Positions 50,001 to 62,709 of a stretch of 64,000 nucleotides of DNA are shown here, one piece after another. The stretch comes from Entomortierella parvispora E1425. Lineage: Eukaryota; Fungi; Mortierellomycota. The position numbers and the translations under genes are program-made. Below the pieces are notes generated by a model. The model saw only the letters and a program-made list of their open reading frames with translations. It had not been told where the DNA came from and did no database searches. Positions within the stretch are counted from its first letter, which is position 1, and every line of letters starts with the position of its first letter. The stretch covers positions 1,178,001 to 1,242,000 of the forward strand of contig BQFW01000014.1 in assembly GCA_020891255.1 (NCBI GenBank). The letters are read 5' to 3'.

Positions 50001-53000
50001 ACTCTCAAGGAAAACATTTTGTTTGGTTCACCTTTCAATCGCCAAAAGTACAACGACATTATTCGCGTTTGCGCCCTTACGCGTGATTTGACTCTCTTGA
50101 GCGCTGGCGATGAGACTGAGATTGGCGAACGAGGAATCAATTTGAGTCAGGGGCAGAGACAACGTGTTAGTTTGGCTAGAGCAGTCTATTCGGATGCCGA
50201 TATCATGCTTTTGGACGACCCTCTCAGTGGCATGGATGCTCAGGTCGGAAAGCACATTTTCCAAGAGTGCATCAAGGGCTACCTTGCCAACAAAACGATT
50301 GTCTATGTCACGAATCAACTTCAGCATCTTGCCGACTGTGACCACGTCATCGCAATGAAGGCAGGATCGATCGAGGTTCAAGGAACCTTCCAAGAGCTGA
50401 TGGCCAAGGACGTTAACTTGGCGCGTATCGTGGACGAGTCAATGGAAATCGAGGATCCGGATCAAATCCATGAGCTGATGAACGAAATTCGACTTGAGCC
50501 CACGGACGAGACGGACATTGGCTCATCAGTCACAGCGGGCACCACAGAGAAACCATTTGACAACCACCTGACAATGCCAAGGACAGTCACTATTCAGCAA
50601 GGAAGCAATGGAAAGGGCGCTAGTGCGCATTTTCCCGATTTCGAGAAAAAGTCTGAGGGTGAGGAGTTGAACAACATCAGTGTCAGAGGTCTCGCAAGCT
50701 TTGCCAAGGCTGCTGGATCTTCTGTCCATAACCGACCGAACCTTCTCTCGGCACGCTCTCACTCCATGTCGCATGCAGGAACTTCCAACAGTGCCTACAA
50801 TACTGCTGCAAATGAGCAAACCATCCACCGTCTTCGAGAACTCAATGCGCACACAATCCAAAACCAAATGCTGAACGAGCAGACTATTTCCAGGATGATC
50901 GAGCGCAATCAGATGACTATCCTTGGAAGTATGGGACAAAATCGTCTCACCTCGGCGCCTGTCAACCGTGAAGAGAACACGATGGCGAGGGCCGTGGAGC
51001 GGAATCAGTTGACAATTCACAGTTTGAGCGGTCGCGAGGGAGGTATGCTCAGTGGCGGTCGTGGCGAGAGATTGGATCTCGGCTACGGTGTTAAGAGTCG
51101 CGATGTTATTTCTGGATGGTCGGTAGCGAAGGCATACCTCCGCAAAGGCACCGGTATTGGACTCTCAGTGGCTGTGGCGCTTGTATTTTTAGCCACTCAT
51201 GGACTTCGCATCTTTTCCGACTACTGGCTCCGCTTTACTGCAGGAAAGGACGAAAAACCGGATTTCCACTATTATCTCAGTGTCTATGGTGGACTGGTAG
51301 CGGCTGTAGTGGTCGGCGCATATGGTCGTACTTTCTTCCTGTCGTGGGTCGTGTTCAAAAAGTCGTTGACCTATCACGACCGCATCTTTCGCAAGATCAT
51401 GCGAGCTCCCATGAGCTATTTTGACGTAACTCCTTTGGCTAAGATTCTGAACGCCTTTGCAAGACACCTCTATGTTGTGGATGAGGTCCTGCCTGACTCG
51501 ATCCTCCAGATGCTGCAGTACATGCCTTTGGCCATCGGAACCACCATTCTCGTGATTGTGATCGTACCTTGGTCTGCAATCACCGTGGTGGTGCTTCTTT
51601 TTTTTGTCTGGTTCCTACTTCATGCTTCCAATATCGCGGACGAACGCCTTAAGGGCATGGAAGCCGTGACAAAGGGACCTATTTTCGCGCACATGGCTGC
51701 TACCCTCGACGGCTTGTTTTCGATCCGTGTCTATGGTGCAGAGGAGCGATTTGACACCTTCAACTTGGTAAAGATTGACGACAATCACAAATCATTGTTT
51801 GCAATGATGCAAGTTCGTGCTTGGTTGGCGCTTTACCTGGATTTGGTCTCATCTCTTTTTGTGTTGGCGACTGCTATGTTTGTCATCCACTTTTCCCACG
51901 ATGGCTCCTTGGACGCATCACAAGCTGGATTGGCTATCACTAATGCCTTGCAGCTGCTCATTTTTGGTCAGTGGTCTGTTCGCATGGCTGGTGAAGTCAA
52001 GTCTACCAAGGAATCTGTCTGTCAGTTGGAACTCTATGGTATGAATATTCCCGCAGAGGCACCTGATCATATCCCCGGAAACGAACCCCCTGTTGACTGG
52101 CCAAGTCAAGGAGAGATTGAGTTCAAGAAGGTAGTCCTCCGCTACCAGAATTATGGAGTTGCTGTGCTCAAGAAGGTCAGCTTCATTGTCCGGCCGGGTG
52201 AGAAGATTGGTGTGGTCGGAAAGATGGGTAGCGGAAAGACAACTTTGCTTATCAGTTTGCTTCGAGTCGTCGAGGCTGCAGAGGGCAAGATCTTGATTGA
52301 CAATCTGGATGTGCGCGAGATTGGCTTGCAGGACCTTCGCAGCAAGATTGCCATCATTCCTCAGGAGCCTGTACTGTTTGTTGGAACGATTCGTTCCAAC
52401 CTGGATCCTTTCCACCGCCGTACCGATCAAGAGATTTGGGCCGCCCTGGACGCCGTCCATCTCTCGGAGAACATCAAGGCCAACATGCCCGCCAAGTTGG
52501 AGACGCCCATCATTGAGAACGGACGCAACTTTTCCTTGGGTCAGCGTCAGCTGTTCTGTATTGCCCGTGCTATCCTCTTTCAGAGCAAGATTCTTGTTCT
52601 TGATGGTAAGACTTTTCAACAACACGATTACCTCTGCCGTTTGACCGACTGTTCATGACTATCGATACTCATCTTTATTATTATTATCTTGTTCCCTTTT
52701 TGTAGAGGCCACAAGTGCTGTTGATCTCCAGACGGATCTTTTGATCCAAGAAACAATCAAAAAGAACTTTGCTAATTGCACAGTTCTCATGATTGCGCAC
52801 AGACTGAATACCATTATCGAGTGCGACAAGATCCTGGTCATGGAGGATGGACGCGTCGTTGAGTTTGAGCATCCTACGAAGCTGATCGAGAACAAGGATG
52901 GCTATTTCCACAGTCTTGTCAGTCAATCAGGACCGGACTCTGTTGCTCGCCTGAAGATCATGTTGAGAGAGCATGGACAGACCGTTGATGGCGAGCCTCC

Positions 53001-53388
53001 AATTATCGTCGATCGGTCCGCCCCCATGAGGACCACAGATACAGTCCTCGAGGATGAAGAGAATGAACCTTCCTCTCCATCTTCCTCTACTGGGTCTTCA
53101 CCTTCCTCTACACCTGCTGGCTCATCAAAACAACTCACGAGTCAGCCCTCAATATCCATCGTTGGCCCAGCCGACGACTCGCTCAAAGCCACAGGCAGCA
53201 GCAGTTCTTCCGTTCGCGCTGGTCAATCTGTTCCTCCTTCTCCTACCGCGCCGTTCGTCACTGCAACAACGGCCTCTAACACCCTGTCCTCTGGACCAGC
53301 CACGCCGACGACAAGTCATCAAATGCCCAGGTCCTTGGAGGATGTCTTTGCACCTCGCAACCTCCCCTCACCGCGGAAAGACGAATAA
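47067..53388 (+). CDS. ABCC/MRP-family full ABC transporter without TMD0
   Basis: Lasso-like SQWFFLWVIPL, TMD1 (IYRKSLKLS, GNIINLISNDC, IKLIKFYAWE), NBD1 (GDVGSGKSS, LLDDPLSGMD), TMD2 (RAPMSYFDVTPL), NBD2 (GKMGSGKT, IIPQEPVLF, FSLGQRQ, LDEATSAVD). Confidence 0.95.
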
Positions 53389-53525
53389 ACACAAATAGCG
53401 CAACGCATCTAAAATCTTCAAAATTGGTGGCACATGCTCTCGAAGTCATTTTTATTTGCTCACGTTGCTCCGCGTCCATCTTCTTTCTTCATTCAGCCTT
53501 TTTCTTCTTCTTGCCAACCAACAGG

Positions 53526-55393
53526 ATGAGCAGCAAGAAACAACATGGTCGGCTAGGCGGCAGTAGCAACAGAACATCTGGCCGCCCATCAGCCAATGCC
53601 TCATCACCCAATGCGTTACAACAGAAGTCATCTCTTAGCATCCTTCGACCCATTGACCTTGTTTCACAGCTCCTTTTCAACCACGACCATTTTTGGAAGC
53701 TAGCAGGACTCTTGTTTTTGGGAGAGGTCTTGCTGAACGTAGTCATCATCAAGAAGATTCCTTGTATGGAACAGGATAGTGGATAAACCGAAGACACGTT
53801 ATGTTTTTGGTGATCTATCCGCTAACATTTTGTAACTTTACCTTGCTCTTTCTGTAGATACAGAGATTGATTGGGTGGCATACATGCAGGAGGTGTCTGG
53901 ATACCTCAAGGGCGAGACTGACTATATGAAGCTCAGGGGAGATACAGGACCTTTGGTGTACCCGGCGGGATTTGTTTATATCTACTCGGCGCTCTATTAC
54001 CTGACGGACCATGGCACCAACATCTTGAGAGGCCAATGGTTCTTCATGGGATTGTACCTGGTCACGCTCGGAGTTGTGTTCGCCATATACTCCAAAGACA
54101 AGACGGTAAGAAAACCCTGTACAGGACGAAGAGGGTCCTTTACTTTGATGGATCACGTCCTAACCGATCTTTTACTTAATTTGCTCCGATGTCAGGTTCC
54201 GCCTTACGTGATGATCCTGGTGTGCCTGTCCCGGCGATTGCATTCGATCTATGTCTTGAGACTATTCAATGATCCTGTCGCACTGTTTTTCATGTATGCA
54301 GCCACCCTTGCATTTCTCTCCAAACGCTGGACGATGAGCAGTGTTTTGTTCAGGTAACGAGATCCTCAATGTTTCCAAGATGTTCATTTTTTTATTTCTT
54401 TTTATTTCAAGTAATCTTTGCACTAATTCGCTATACCTTGACGCCATTTCTTTCTTCCGTCCTATCAGTCTTGCTGTATCGGTGAAGATGAACATCCTCT
54501 TGTTCTTTCCCGCATTTGGGTTCTTGTTGTGGCAAACTCAGGGCGTCGTCGGAACCGTTGTGCAGCTTGTACTCATGGTTTCGATTCAGGTACGAAAATC
54601 AACTCGAGGGTGGAAAGTAACCCGAAATCCGAAGGGAATCCGTTGAAATCGTCCTGACACGTTTCTACTGTCGGGTTCTATTTTGTCTTATTATTTTTTA
54701 TGTAGGTGCTTCTGTCGCTGCCCTTTACCCTTCATCATCCCGAGAGCTATCTTAAGAAGGCTTTTGAGTTCTCCAGGGTCTTCCAATACAAATGGACAGT
54801 GAACTGGAAGTTCTTGGATGAGAAGACGTTCTTGAGTGAAGAAGTCTCCAAGATGTTATTGGGGGCACATTTCGTTGTCCTTTTTGCGTTCGTCTTTTTC
54901 AGATGGAGCAGGTACGAAGATGCTATTGTTATTCTCTGTCGTTATTATCCATATGACTGGTGCTCTGCTGGTATTCATGCTGTGTGTATGTATTGTTTAT
55001 TCTCTGTTCAATAGATCTGAGGGTGGTATCGTTGCAGTCATCACGCGTGGACTTAGGGCCTCCAAGACTTTACTTTCGATCCATGCACTGTACCAAAGTC
55101 CCAACCATGTGATCAACTTGTTGTTCACGAGCAATTTCATTGGCATTGTGTTTGCGAGATCGTTGCATTATCAGTTCTATGCCTGGTATTCAATGACACT
55201 GCCGTTTTTGCTCTGGCAGACACGGCTACCGATTGTGATCCGGGTCTTGATGCTTGGTCTAATTGAATGGTCCTGGAACGTGTTCCCGGCCACGGCTCAG
55301 AGCTCTGGTGTCCTGTTTGCTAGCCATTTGCTTCTCTTGGCGGGACTCTGGGTGGGCAAAGGTCCTGAAGCGAATCAAAAGCGCAGGGAATAG
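53526..55393 (+). CDS. ALG3: Dol-P-Man:Man5GlcNAc2-PP-Dol alpha-1,3-mannosyltransferase, multi-exon
   Basis: TEIDWVAYMQEV, GDTGPLVYPAGF, SRRLHSIYVLRLFND, AVSVKMNILL, FQYKWTVNWKF, ARSLHYQFYAWY. Confidence 0.96.
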
Positions 55394-55646
55394 GTGAATG
55401 AAGCAAAAACGTTGACCGTTTTCTTTCCAATAAAAAAAGCTCGAATAAAAATTTAAAGAAACCAAGCCACTTGACGTTAAATTCCATGCATGTCTTTTTC
55501 TCTGCTTTTCTTCATTCCTCAGGAACCATGTCACCGCGTTGCATGTGAGCAAAAGGACCAGGAAACACACCCATTCACCTACACAGAGAGCTAAGGAAGG
55601 CCACTTGCATCCCAAACAAGAGTCGCTGGTGCAACAAAACTACAAA

Positions 55647-58600
55647 ATGTCGTCAAACGCCCTGGACCATGACACGGACATGGACTCTGATTCGGCTTCA
55701 GACTCGGCCTTGACCTTTCAGCAAGGCGATATGCACACAGACCTGGACGATCTCTTGAGTGACGAGAGTGATAACGACGACCTGGTTGAAAATGAGGACG
55801 AGCTTCAAGAACTTCTTGCACGCGAGAACATTACTATCGAGCATACCGCCTTTGTGCCCTCGAAAGCTGCAGATACCAACGCCTCCGCAGCCCCTGCTGT
55901 CGCCGTCGTTGTCACCACCAGTAAGAGTCATGGAGAGCCTAACGCAGAAATATCAACAAGCACGAGACGGCCCTCTGTCGCCACTAGCAGGAGCACCGGC
56001 GAATCTCTCCAACAAACCTCAACGAGTATGATGCAGACTACGGCCTCCTCGGATCACAGGCTACTGGATACGCACCTGCTTTCTGAAGCAGGAACGTCTA
56101 GTCTCCCTACGTCGCCATGGGAAACAGAAGAGTGGATACGTCGCTTACAGGGCCACTCTCAACAGGAGCTGGGACTGGACCACGGTGTGGGTTCTTCATC
56201 ACTCGCAGCCATGTCGCAATTTGAACAAGCACCGGGACTTTCAAACGCCCTCGAGATCATGACTGGCAACAAGAGTAACACCACGGACGACAGCTCCTTC
56301 GACAGTGAAAACCTGCATATACCCATTATCAATATCGCCCATCCAGCAAGGCTGGCTGTCAGTAAAGAAGCAATGCAACAGGCGGGAGCTTATCCATCAG
56401 CGGTAGATGCCCCTGGTCCTGAGGCTCCCCCAAAGAGACGGACTAGAGGTCCCCTCAGAAAGACGAGGAGAACTCGTAAGCCTGTCTATGGACAATTCCC
56501 TATGTCTGTCTCGGATCAAGAGAATGCACTGTTAACTGCAGAGATCAAGGCACAAACGGAACGGGCCCTGGAAGTCAATCGTGCATATCAGGAAGTTCTC
56601 AAGAAGCACTTGAAGGATATTGAAGAGGCCCGCGAGCGGAATCATAAACAACGGGTACGACATTGAAAGGGGACACCACGATGATTGTTTTCCTAGGGTG
56701 CAGCAGAAAACTAATTTTTGCGCGTTCATTGTTCATAGGCTGTTATCCAAAATTTGGTAGATAGGCAGGAGCAGTTGAGAAGGGCACCAGTGCAGCTTGA
56801 CATGACAGACAAGCGGATTGGCCCTCCATACTTTGTTGATAAGAGCATGAACGTACGTTTGGTCAAGGGAAATGAATGAGCTGATTTCTACATAGGTGAT
56901 TCTAACATTCTTTTCCTTTGTTTTGTTTTCTAGACTCCACCGGACAACGAGGATACGATCAAGATTAATGAGAGACCTCTCGTGTCGAAGGGTGGTGTTA
57001 AATATTGGAACCGGGCTGAAAGGAGGAACCTTTTGATGGGTGTTATCTCAGAAAACAAGAGACTCCTCTTTGAGAAATATGTGGCAGAAGGGGATGTAAG
57101 GGCCATCGAGGCACTGTCATCTGCCCCTGACTCGGAAATGACTGTGAATACCATCGGACTCAACTGGGAACGTATTTCCAGACAATTTGTAGGTTTTTTT
57201 TTTTTGAATGATATGTACCGCATAGAGGAGGGTTTACCCGCTTCAGGTATTTTAACAATGTGCTCATCGTTTTAAACTTATTGTACCTTTTAGGTCGTGA
57301 CACGGACGCCAGCAGAGTGTCTCATCCACTGGACTGGTCGCAGCCATCCCGGTATCAACAAAACAGTCTGGGAAACGAGAGAACTTCATCAGCTTGAGCG
57401 ATTGGTAACAAAATACAACGGTCGTAACTGGATCCAGATCGCCTTAGAATTGGATACCAATCGAACTGCAGCCCAATGCTTCCGCATGTACAACTCGAGA
57501 TTGAACAAGACCTTTTCTACCGAGTAAGTGGCTCGAGAACAGACCGGGTGCAGGAACCAAAGGGAACGCGAGACCGGCGCTCTAACTGACCATCTCATTT
57601 TTTTTTAGAATGTGGACCCAAGAAGAGGACAATGTTTTATTGGAGGCAGTTCGGTTGATCGGAGACAGGGATTGGAAAAAGATTTCGTATTGCTTTGAGA
57701 ATCGGTCCCCTGCTCAATGTCGGGTTCGTTGGGGCAAGGTGGTCTGCCCTTATAATCGGCGAGGCAAATGGCTTGAGGACGAAGATGAGGCCCTTAAAGC
57801 AGCCATGGTCCTCTTTGGAGACAAAGGGTGGGTACGGGTTCAGGAGCACGTGCCCGGCAGGACAGATGTCCAATGCCGTGAACGTTACTGTGACTATTTG
57901 GACCCATCCCTGAATCATGGACCATGGAGTGCAGACGATATTCAAAAGCTACGAGATTTGGTCAAGGAGTATGGCACTGCGAGATGGTCTGAAATCGCAG
58001 CGAAGCTTGAGGGCAGGACTGATAATAATGTCGCTCGCAGGTGGAGGATGTTGGTCAGGGAGGATGAGCAGGCCGCTCGCCAAGCGGCAAAAGCAGCCGA
58101 CCCCACTGAGGAAGCCAACCGACCGAAACGAAAGTATCTGTCTTTTAGTCGTCGGAAAGGACAATCGACCTCTGCGGCCAAACCCAACTTGAAAGAACAT
58201 CGCGAGGAGATCCGGAGACTTGCCCGTCTAATACAATCACAGGATCAAAGAGACCGGGAAAAGAAGGCTGTCTTGGAGCAGTACCGGCGACGACTTCGGG
58301 GTATGCAATCACAAGAGATTCAGCGGTACTATGAAGATGCAACAGAGAAACAGCGCGAAGTCTACGACGCTTGGGAGGAAGCCTGGCCTGAGGAAATGGA
58401 CCCCATCGAAAAGGTTTTCAACCTTGGCATTCCCCCTGTGATTTCAAAGACCGGCAAGCGGAAACGAGACGGATTCGAGCACGATGACGAGCTCGAGAAT
58501 GAGGAGGATGATGGTGAAAGTGGAGACGAAGAGTCAAAGGAAGAGACGCCGGAAGAGCTGCAGCAGAAGCTAAAGGTGCAGGAAGCAAAGGAGATGAAGC

Positions 58601-59046
58601 GACTCGAACAAGCGTACGAGGATGTTCAGGCAGTCATCAAACCGAAAGTGCCAGATGCAGCGTCTGTCATAACACCTGGTTTGATCCGTCCAGCTCCACC
58701 CTGTGTCGCGACTATGGAGGCATTTTCCAATGTTCTTGATCAAGGAGAAATGCTCGGGGGTCGTTTCCGCCTGAAAAAGACTGTCGAAAAGGATGAGTTC
58801 AAGATTCGACCATTACCCTGCGACATTTTGTCACCTCAGGACCAGATGAGACCCGAGTACAGGGAACTGGCAGAACGATTCGAGGCCACGTTTATGTGGC
58901 CCATGTTGATGGGGATGCTTGATCAAGAGACAGGACACTCTGAGCTGAACCTGCGCTCAGGGAGAAAGTTCCGCGGTCTAAAGAAGGAGGACAGTTCGAG
59001 CACCAATGGCGGGGTATCCCGATCTCCTTCTGTCTATCCTGAATAG
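55647..59046 (+). CDS. SNAPC4: Myb-repeat protein, SNAPC4/SNAP190-like (about 4.5 Myb repeats)
   Basis: ALEVNRAYQEVL coiled coil, GPPYFVDK..PPDNED, a half repeat and then four repeats (RTPAECLIHW..HPGINK.VW, RTAAQC, RSPAQCRVRW..RGKW, GRTDVQCRERY..LDPSLNHGPW, GRTDNNVARRW). This is the architecture I recall for SNAPC4. Confidence 0.78.
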
Positions 59047-59228
59047 GATCTACGTCTCTTTTTCTTCTTTCTTTTCAATTTGTCCTTGGGTGAGCTAATA
59101 AAGCACAGCGTCGACTCTGTCTGCAAGACACTCCATCGACCATGAATGAAGGATGACGTGGAAGTGTGGATTGGTCTGGTATGAAATATATCCGTGAATT
59201 ATTTATTTCCATGAATGATTGTTGATCC

Positions 59229-60384
59229 TTAGATGTCAACCACTGTCTTCCACAAGCAGTCGTTGAGGTAATGAGCTGTCTCGACACCAATGTTCTTGTT
59301 GATGCGTTTGCTAGAAAGAGAAGAAAAAAAATCGAGGGTTATTGTCAGTTAAAAAAAGGCTTCTTGTGTGCTGTTGTAACTTGGTCGGTCATATATAGAT
59401 TCCCTCGCTTACATATCATCCGTCGACATCTTTGTGGTGCCGACAGCCAAGATCTCGTGCTTGCCCTCGGCTGTGATCGCCACAACTGAATCTGCAGGCA
59501 CAGACACGTCCATCCTGGCGCCCTTGGAGGTCAATCCTGGACACATAATGTTGGCTCCAGCCATGACAAACTTGATAGCTCCGCGATCCACTTGCAACCT
59601 TGGCAACATGTTTGGATCTAAAATGTGAGGTGACGAGGAACATATGTTTTTTTTTAGTTTCACAATGTCCAGTAGTGCTGTTGCAAGGGTCGCAATGCCA
59701 TCGTGTGGTTTTGATTCCGTCCTTTTTAAATCCTGCTCTGGCCCTTACATTTGTGAAGCAATCTGAGGGTAGGGAAGTATGGTCCATCGAAATGGTTGAA
59801 GAAAAGAACCTCGTTGTTCATGACAATCAAGTTGATGTGTTCGTGGCTATTTCCAAAAGGTTCAAAAAAAATATGAATGACAAGTTTTGTGTTAGCGCGT
59901 GATTGTCTCCCCATTGAATTCTATCCCATGAACTTGCAGAATAACAGGCCGTCGTAAATGAAATTTCCGTACCAGCGCATGAGGATCAGAGGAGTCTTCT
60001 TGGGCATGACATCATCAATGATGCCCTCAATACCCTCCTTGTACTGCTCCAGAATCTTGGCGCGGATCGCGCGTTGGACCGAGGACTTGACCTGGGTATG
60101 TCCTGTAACGTCTTCTTTCACACTGAACCTACAGGGAGCGGGCAGCAAAGGTAGGAAGAGGTAGGTGAGAGGGTGTACACAAAGGTGTGTGGTCAGCATC
60201 GTCTTTCAAGGAGGACAATGTTTTGTTGTCTGTTTCTCTCTTTTCGTTGTTTAGATCGTGTCGCTGTCCTGAATCAGTCGAGTCGTGAATGTCTCTCGCC
60301 TGTGAATCTCCCTCTTCTATAATACTGGTTCCAGTCGAGTGTGGTCTAGTGGCTGCATCTCTGGTGGACATACTTCTTGAACAT
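59229..60384 (-). CDS. TMA20: Translation machinery-associated protein 20 / MCT-1 (PUA domain), multi-exon
   Basis: MFKK|FSVKEDV..QVKSSVQRAIR, YFPTLRLLHK, QVDRGAIKFVMAGANIMCPGLTS, NKNIGVETAHYLNDCLW. Confidence 0.95.
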
Positions 60385-60711
60385 GGCTGCTGAGATTGAG
60401 TAGGTGGTTGAGTTTGCGATGCAATGCAGTGAAGAGAAAGTAATAAAATAAAAAAAGAAAAAGAGGCGCACAGCGCATGCGATCTGGCACCCTTCCAGAT
60501 GCCCTGTGTTAATGCAACCAATGACATGCACTCTACAGAGGGCAGTGCTCCCAACGGACAATCTTCCCCCTCATCCTCTTTTTTCTTTGTCCGTCGCACA
60601 TCCCCGCATCTCGTTTGTCTGTCTGCTCTGCTCTTCTTTCTCTTTGTTCCCATCCATCGTCCCTCCTGCCACTCCTTTCCCTTCCTGTTTTCAGACCCCT
60701 GGAACAACACG

Positions 60712-62411
60712 ATGGCGAAAACGACCTTGAACCGATTCAAGAACTTTGATGCCTATGCCAAAACCCTCGATGACTTTAGAGTCAAAACCTCGACCGGTGC
60801 CATCGGTAATGTCCCTCGCTGAAGGATCCCAGACCTTACTTTCCTAAAACTTTGAAGCAAGCACGGATTGTTCTTCTAGTGTCCAAAAGTTGTATCTGCC
60901 AAGGAGAGCGTCAGGACAAAGTCGAGGATAGCCACGCGCACTGTTCACCCCACCTTTTGCTAACCATGCCCTGCAACTTCGAATAGTCACCCTGGCCAGT
61001 GCGCTCATCATCTTCATCTTACTGATTGGAGAGTTCATCGACTACCGGTCCATTCATCTCGAGTCTTCTCTGATCGTCGACGGTGGTCGCAAGGAAAAGA
61101 TGGCCATTGAATTCGACATCACATTCCCAAAGATCCCCTGCTACAGTAAGGACCCTTTTTAGAGCCAACGCGTTCGCTGACTTGAGTTTTTTTTGGTCCG
61201 ACACGCATTCCTGTTCTACATTCTTGTGGAACCCTGAAAAACTGATCTTCTGAACTCGTACCTTTCTCTGCCGACGTGGCAACAGTTTTGACGCTGGACG
61301 TGATGGATGTAGCCGGTGAGCATCAGAGCGATATCTCTCATTCCGTCTACAAGGTCCAGCTGTCCCCTGACGGCTCTGAGATCAGACGCGAGCGTAGTCC
61401 CAGTAAGTTCATCAGGAGGGTCAGAACGTTTGATATCCGTAAAATACCAAATGGGATGACTTTTGTTTGTTAACATGTCTTGTACTCATTCTTTTGTGTT
61501 GTATTTTAGACCTGGGTAACACTGGACCCGACCCAAAAGATGTGCCCGAGGACTACTGTGGTGACTGTGGTGGAGCCAGCAAGCCAGAGGGCGGATGCTG
61601 TAACACGTGCGAGGATGTTCGACAGGCGTACGCTCGCGTTGGATGGTCCTTTGACAAGCCTGACACGATTGAGCAGTGTGTTCGTGAGGGATACATGGAA
61701 AAGGTGAAGGAGCAGGCGGACCAGGGTTGCAGGATGCACGGTCAGCTCACGGTCAACAAGGTTGCAGGCAACTTTCACATTGCACCCGGTCGTTCCTTCC
61801 AGATGGGCAACCGTCACGTCCACGATGTGGCCCAGTACATGCAGCACGGATTGGACTTTTCTCACCACATCAAACTCTTGAGCTTTGGACAAAAGGTTCC
61901 CAACATTCACAACCCACTGGATGACCAAAGGGTGACCGAAGCCGAGGGTCTCTACATGTTCCAGTACTATGTCAAGGTCGTTGGTACAAAGTACCACTAC
62001 TTGAACCGTTTGCCCGTCGACACCAACCAGTACTCTGTTACTCAGTACAACCGAAACTTGATGGTCAAGGACGGATTCGGACGGACTGTTCAGACAAACG
62101 ATGGCTTGCCTGGTAAGAAATGACATCATTTTATCTTTTTTGAGTGAGAGAGCGCGCACAGTGGATTTTGTTATGAGGTGTACTGATCGGTTTTTTTCCC
62201 AACTGGTGAAATCATAGGTGTCTTCTTCAACTTTGACATCTCACCCATGTTGGTGATTCAGAAGGAGGAGCGCAAGTCCTTCTCATCCTTCCTGACTGGA
62301 GTCTGCGCTATCGTGGGAGGTATCTTCACTGTGGCCAGCATCTTGGACGGCGCCATTTGGCGCGCAGAGAGATCTTTGAAGAGAAAGATGGAGCTCGGAA
62401 AGGCTCTCTAA
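60712..62411 (+). CDS. ERV46: ER-Golgi cargo receptor Erv46/ERGIC3, multi-exon
   Basis: FKNFDAYAKTLDDFRVKT, DITFPKIPC, LDVMDVAGE, YCGDCGGA..CCNTCEDVRQAY, VNKVAGNFHIAPG, MFQYYVKVV, PGVFFNFDISPM, and terminal KMELGKAL. Confidence 0.96.
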
Positions 62412-62709
62412 AGTCATTAGATGCTGAAATGCAATAGACCTTGACATACCCCCTACTCAATATCCAACGTACTCTTCTTTGTCCCTGAAAACGATTAAAT
62501 TGCAAAAATCTGCTTCCGACTAAGTGTGTGAATGTGTGTGTGTGTGTTTACGTATGTTTTACTCAAAAGAAATGCAAAGAGGTTGGCTGCGGCGATCATT
62601 GTCCATTTATTTCCGGGAAACTTGACTACAAGACGTAAAGAATGAAAGTTGGAGCCAAAGGTTAGTCATTATATCATTCAGCACGTTTGTCTTCTTTCTG
62701 CTTTCACTC

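Noticed and set aside
51918-52625. 235-aa minus-strand ORF (and the 217-aa ORF at 61506-62159)
   Set aside because: Antisense to ABCC NBD2 and ERV46 exons respectively, with no independent coding signal.
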